This document shows positions 23,826 to 25,320 of a stretch of DNA of 25,320 nucleotides, piece after piece. Positions within the stretch are counted from its first letter, which is position 1; each line of letters begins with the position of its first letter. The stretch is from a virus. Taxonomy: Duplodnaviria; Caudoviricetes. The stretch spans positions 1 to 25,320 of the IMG/VR virus record IMGVR_UViG_3300030207_000328. One strand, written 5' to 3'. Position numbers and translations under genes: made by a program. The notes beneath the pieces were generated by a model, which was given only the letters and a program-made list of their open reading frames with translations, had not been told where the DNA came from and did not search any database.

Positions 23826-24698
23826 ATGAACCGAAAAGGTACAATCGGTGGCTCAGACGTCGCCAAATTACAAGACCCCAACAACTGGTTTGAAATGTGG
23901 GAGATCAAGACTGGTCGTAAGCAGTCACCTGATCTTTCAGATGTATTACCAGTAGCTATGGGTGCAACAACTGAAGCATTGAATCATGCTTGGTTTAGAA
24001 AACATATGACAGGTGGCAATGAAGAAATGATGCACAGTATATTCTATGAAGAACGTACTGAGTATTGGCAACCAAAGAAAGTAGATCAGACTTTATCATT
24101 GCAGCTTTTTGATGATCCTGATGTTATCGTTGCTAACATTGATTGCATCTATGCTTCCAATGATGAAAGTAATTTTGATACTTACTTAGTTGAGTTCAAA
24201 CATACTCATGCAAATAACAGATTAGATAATGTATGTAGTGACTATATGCCACAGATACAATTCTATCTCAATGTAGCTAAGATTGAAAAAGCATATCTAT
24301 CTGTATTGTTTGGTAACAACAGACATGAAGTTTGTTGGATAGGTAGGAGTAGAGAATACTTTGATAAGACTATGATCAATGTCAAAAACTTTTGGGCTTA
24401 TGTTAGAGATGATACACCACCACCAATGGAACAAGTTGCAATCAAAGAAGTATCTGTTGATAAAGTTATTGTCGACGGCTTGATTGCTAGAGATGTAAGT
24501 AAAAGTAATTCATTTACATCAAGTGCAGATATATATGCAAGTACATTGGTATCAGCAAAAGCAAATGCAGAAGCAAAGAAATCACTTCTTGAAGAGTTGA
24601 AAGATACAGATAGAGAAGTTTACAATGACCAGGTGAGAGTTTACAGAACTAAGAATGGTCGGAGAGTTGCTCTCCAAAACAAACTGGATGTAGCATGA
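23826..24698 (+). CDS. YqaJ/lambda-exonuclease family recombination nuclease, 290 aa
   Basis: R...IGGSD, W..KTG, G...E, ANID, VEFK and Y.PQIQ.Y motifs. Confidence 0.88.
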   Translation: MNRKGTIGGSDVAKLQDPNNWFEMWEIKTGRKQSPDLSDVLPVAMGATTEALNHAWFRKHMTGGNEEMMHSIFYEERTEYWQPKKVDQTLSLQLFDDPDVIVANIDCIYASNDESNFDTYLVEFKHTHANNRLDNVCSDYMPQIQFYLNVAKIEKAYLSVLFGNNRHEVCWIGRSREYFDKTMINVKNFWAYVRDDTPPPMEQVAIKEVSVDKVIVDGLIARDVSKSNSFTSSADIYASTLVSAKANAEAKKSLLEELKDTDREVYNDQVRVYRTKNGRRVALQNKLDVA

Positions 24699-24755
24699 GG
24701 AAACAAATGCTACACCCAATCATATTTTCAAAATCATTTCATGGGAGAAATTATA

Positions 24756-25259
24756 ATGAATGATAAAAAACCTAATATAACACAACCGAAAAAGCAACAG
24801 ACAATTGCTCCAAAAAATATTGATGAAGCAATGTTGTTATTTCAACAAGACAATATTACTGCAACCAAGTCTACCAAAAATCCTTTTTTCAAAAGCACAT
24901 ATGCTAGTCTTGAAGAAGTGATGAAGGCTTGTGATCATGGTAACAAATATGGAATACTGTATGGTTATCAATCAAGAGTTACAGAAACTGGTAATCTAAT
25001 TATCATTGCTACTGCTACTCATGTTCCTAGTGGCACAAGCAAAGAACTACCAGTTCCATGTCTTGTACCTAACTTGCATGATCCTCAAAAGCTGGGGTCA
25101 GCTATCACATATGCAAAGCGATATGCTCTGCAAGCATTGTTTGCATTGCCATCAGAAGATGACGACGGCAACAAAGCAAGTGGTATTACTGTACCAACTG
25201 GTAAAGTACAACCAAAACAACCACAATCATCTAACAAAAAGACAGGAGATTTTGCATGA
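24756..25259 (+). CDS. erf: ERF-family single-strand annealing protein
   Basis: K...NPFFKS.YASLE, H..SG and PQ.LGSAITYAKRYAL.A.F.L..EDDDGN motifs. Confidence 0.9.
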   Translation: MNDKKPNITQPKKQQTIAPKNIDEAMLLFQQDNITATKSTKNPFFKSTYASLEEVMKACDHGNKYGILYGYQSRVTETGNLIIIATATHVPSGTSKELPVPCLVPNLHDPQKLGSAITYAKRYALQALFALPSEDDDGNKASGITVPTGKVQPKQPQSSNKKTGDFA

Positions 25260-25320
25260 GTGATTATGATGATACAGACAAAGGTGTCTTATGGAAACCA
25301 AGAACAGATCAAGTTCTTCG
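25256..25320 (+). CDS. Partial ORF (MSDYDDTDKGVLWKP...), possibly an ssDNA-binding protein
   Basis: ATGA overlap with erf and an AGGAG RBS; truncated by the window edge. Function inferred from position only. Confidence 0.45.
   Translation, partial: MSDYDDTDKGVLWKPRTDQVL

Noticed and set aside
1-25320. CRISPR array, rRNA, integrase or transposase
   Set aside because: No regularly spaced repeat-spacer units or recognisable motifs were found by eye.

Overview
This AT-rich window is part of a tailed dsDNA phage genome with two divergent arms. The minus strand (1-17437) carries a podovirus/T7-like morphogenesis block: small and large terminase, portal, small basic proteins, scaffold, a gp13-like protein, major capsid, tail tubular proteins A and B, and three internal virion proteins. 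The plus strand (18284-25320) carries an early/replication block: ArdC-like antirestriction protein, HTH regulators, Holliday-junction-resolvase-like nuclease, HTH replication initiator with iterons, YqaJ exonuclease and ERF recombinase. No phage RNA or DNA polymerase is visible. The layout resembles marine alphaproteobacterial podophages (inference). The main unexplained feature is at the junction between the arms. About 550 nt of non-coding DNA (17561-18108) is an imperfect reverse-complement copy of the whole first early gene, including its upstream region, RBS and part of its terminator (18213-18736). Transition mismatches are almost all of the type that gives G-T/G-U wobble pairs on the minus strand, implying a selected ~1.2-kb single-strand fold-back. 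A (GWC)n motif (GWCGWCG/CGWCGWC) is also strongly over-represented and spread across the window. All product calls come from motif recognition and synteny, not database searches, and all counts are by hand.
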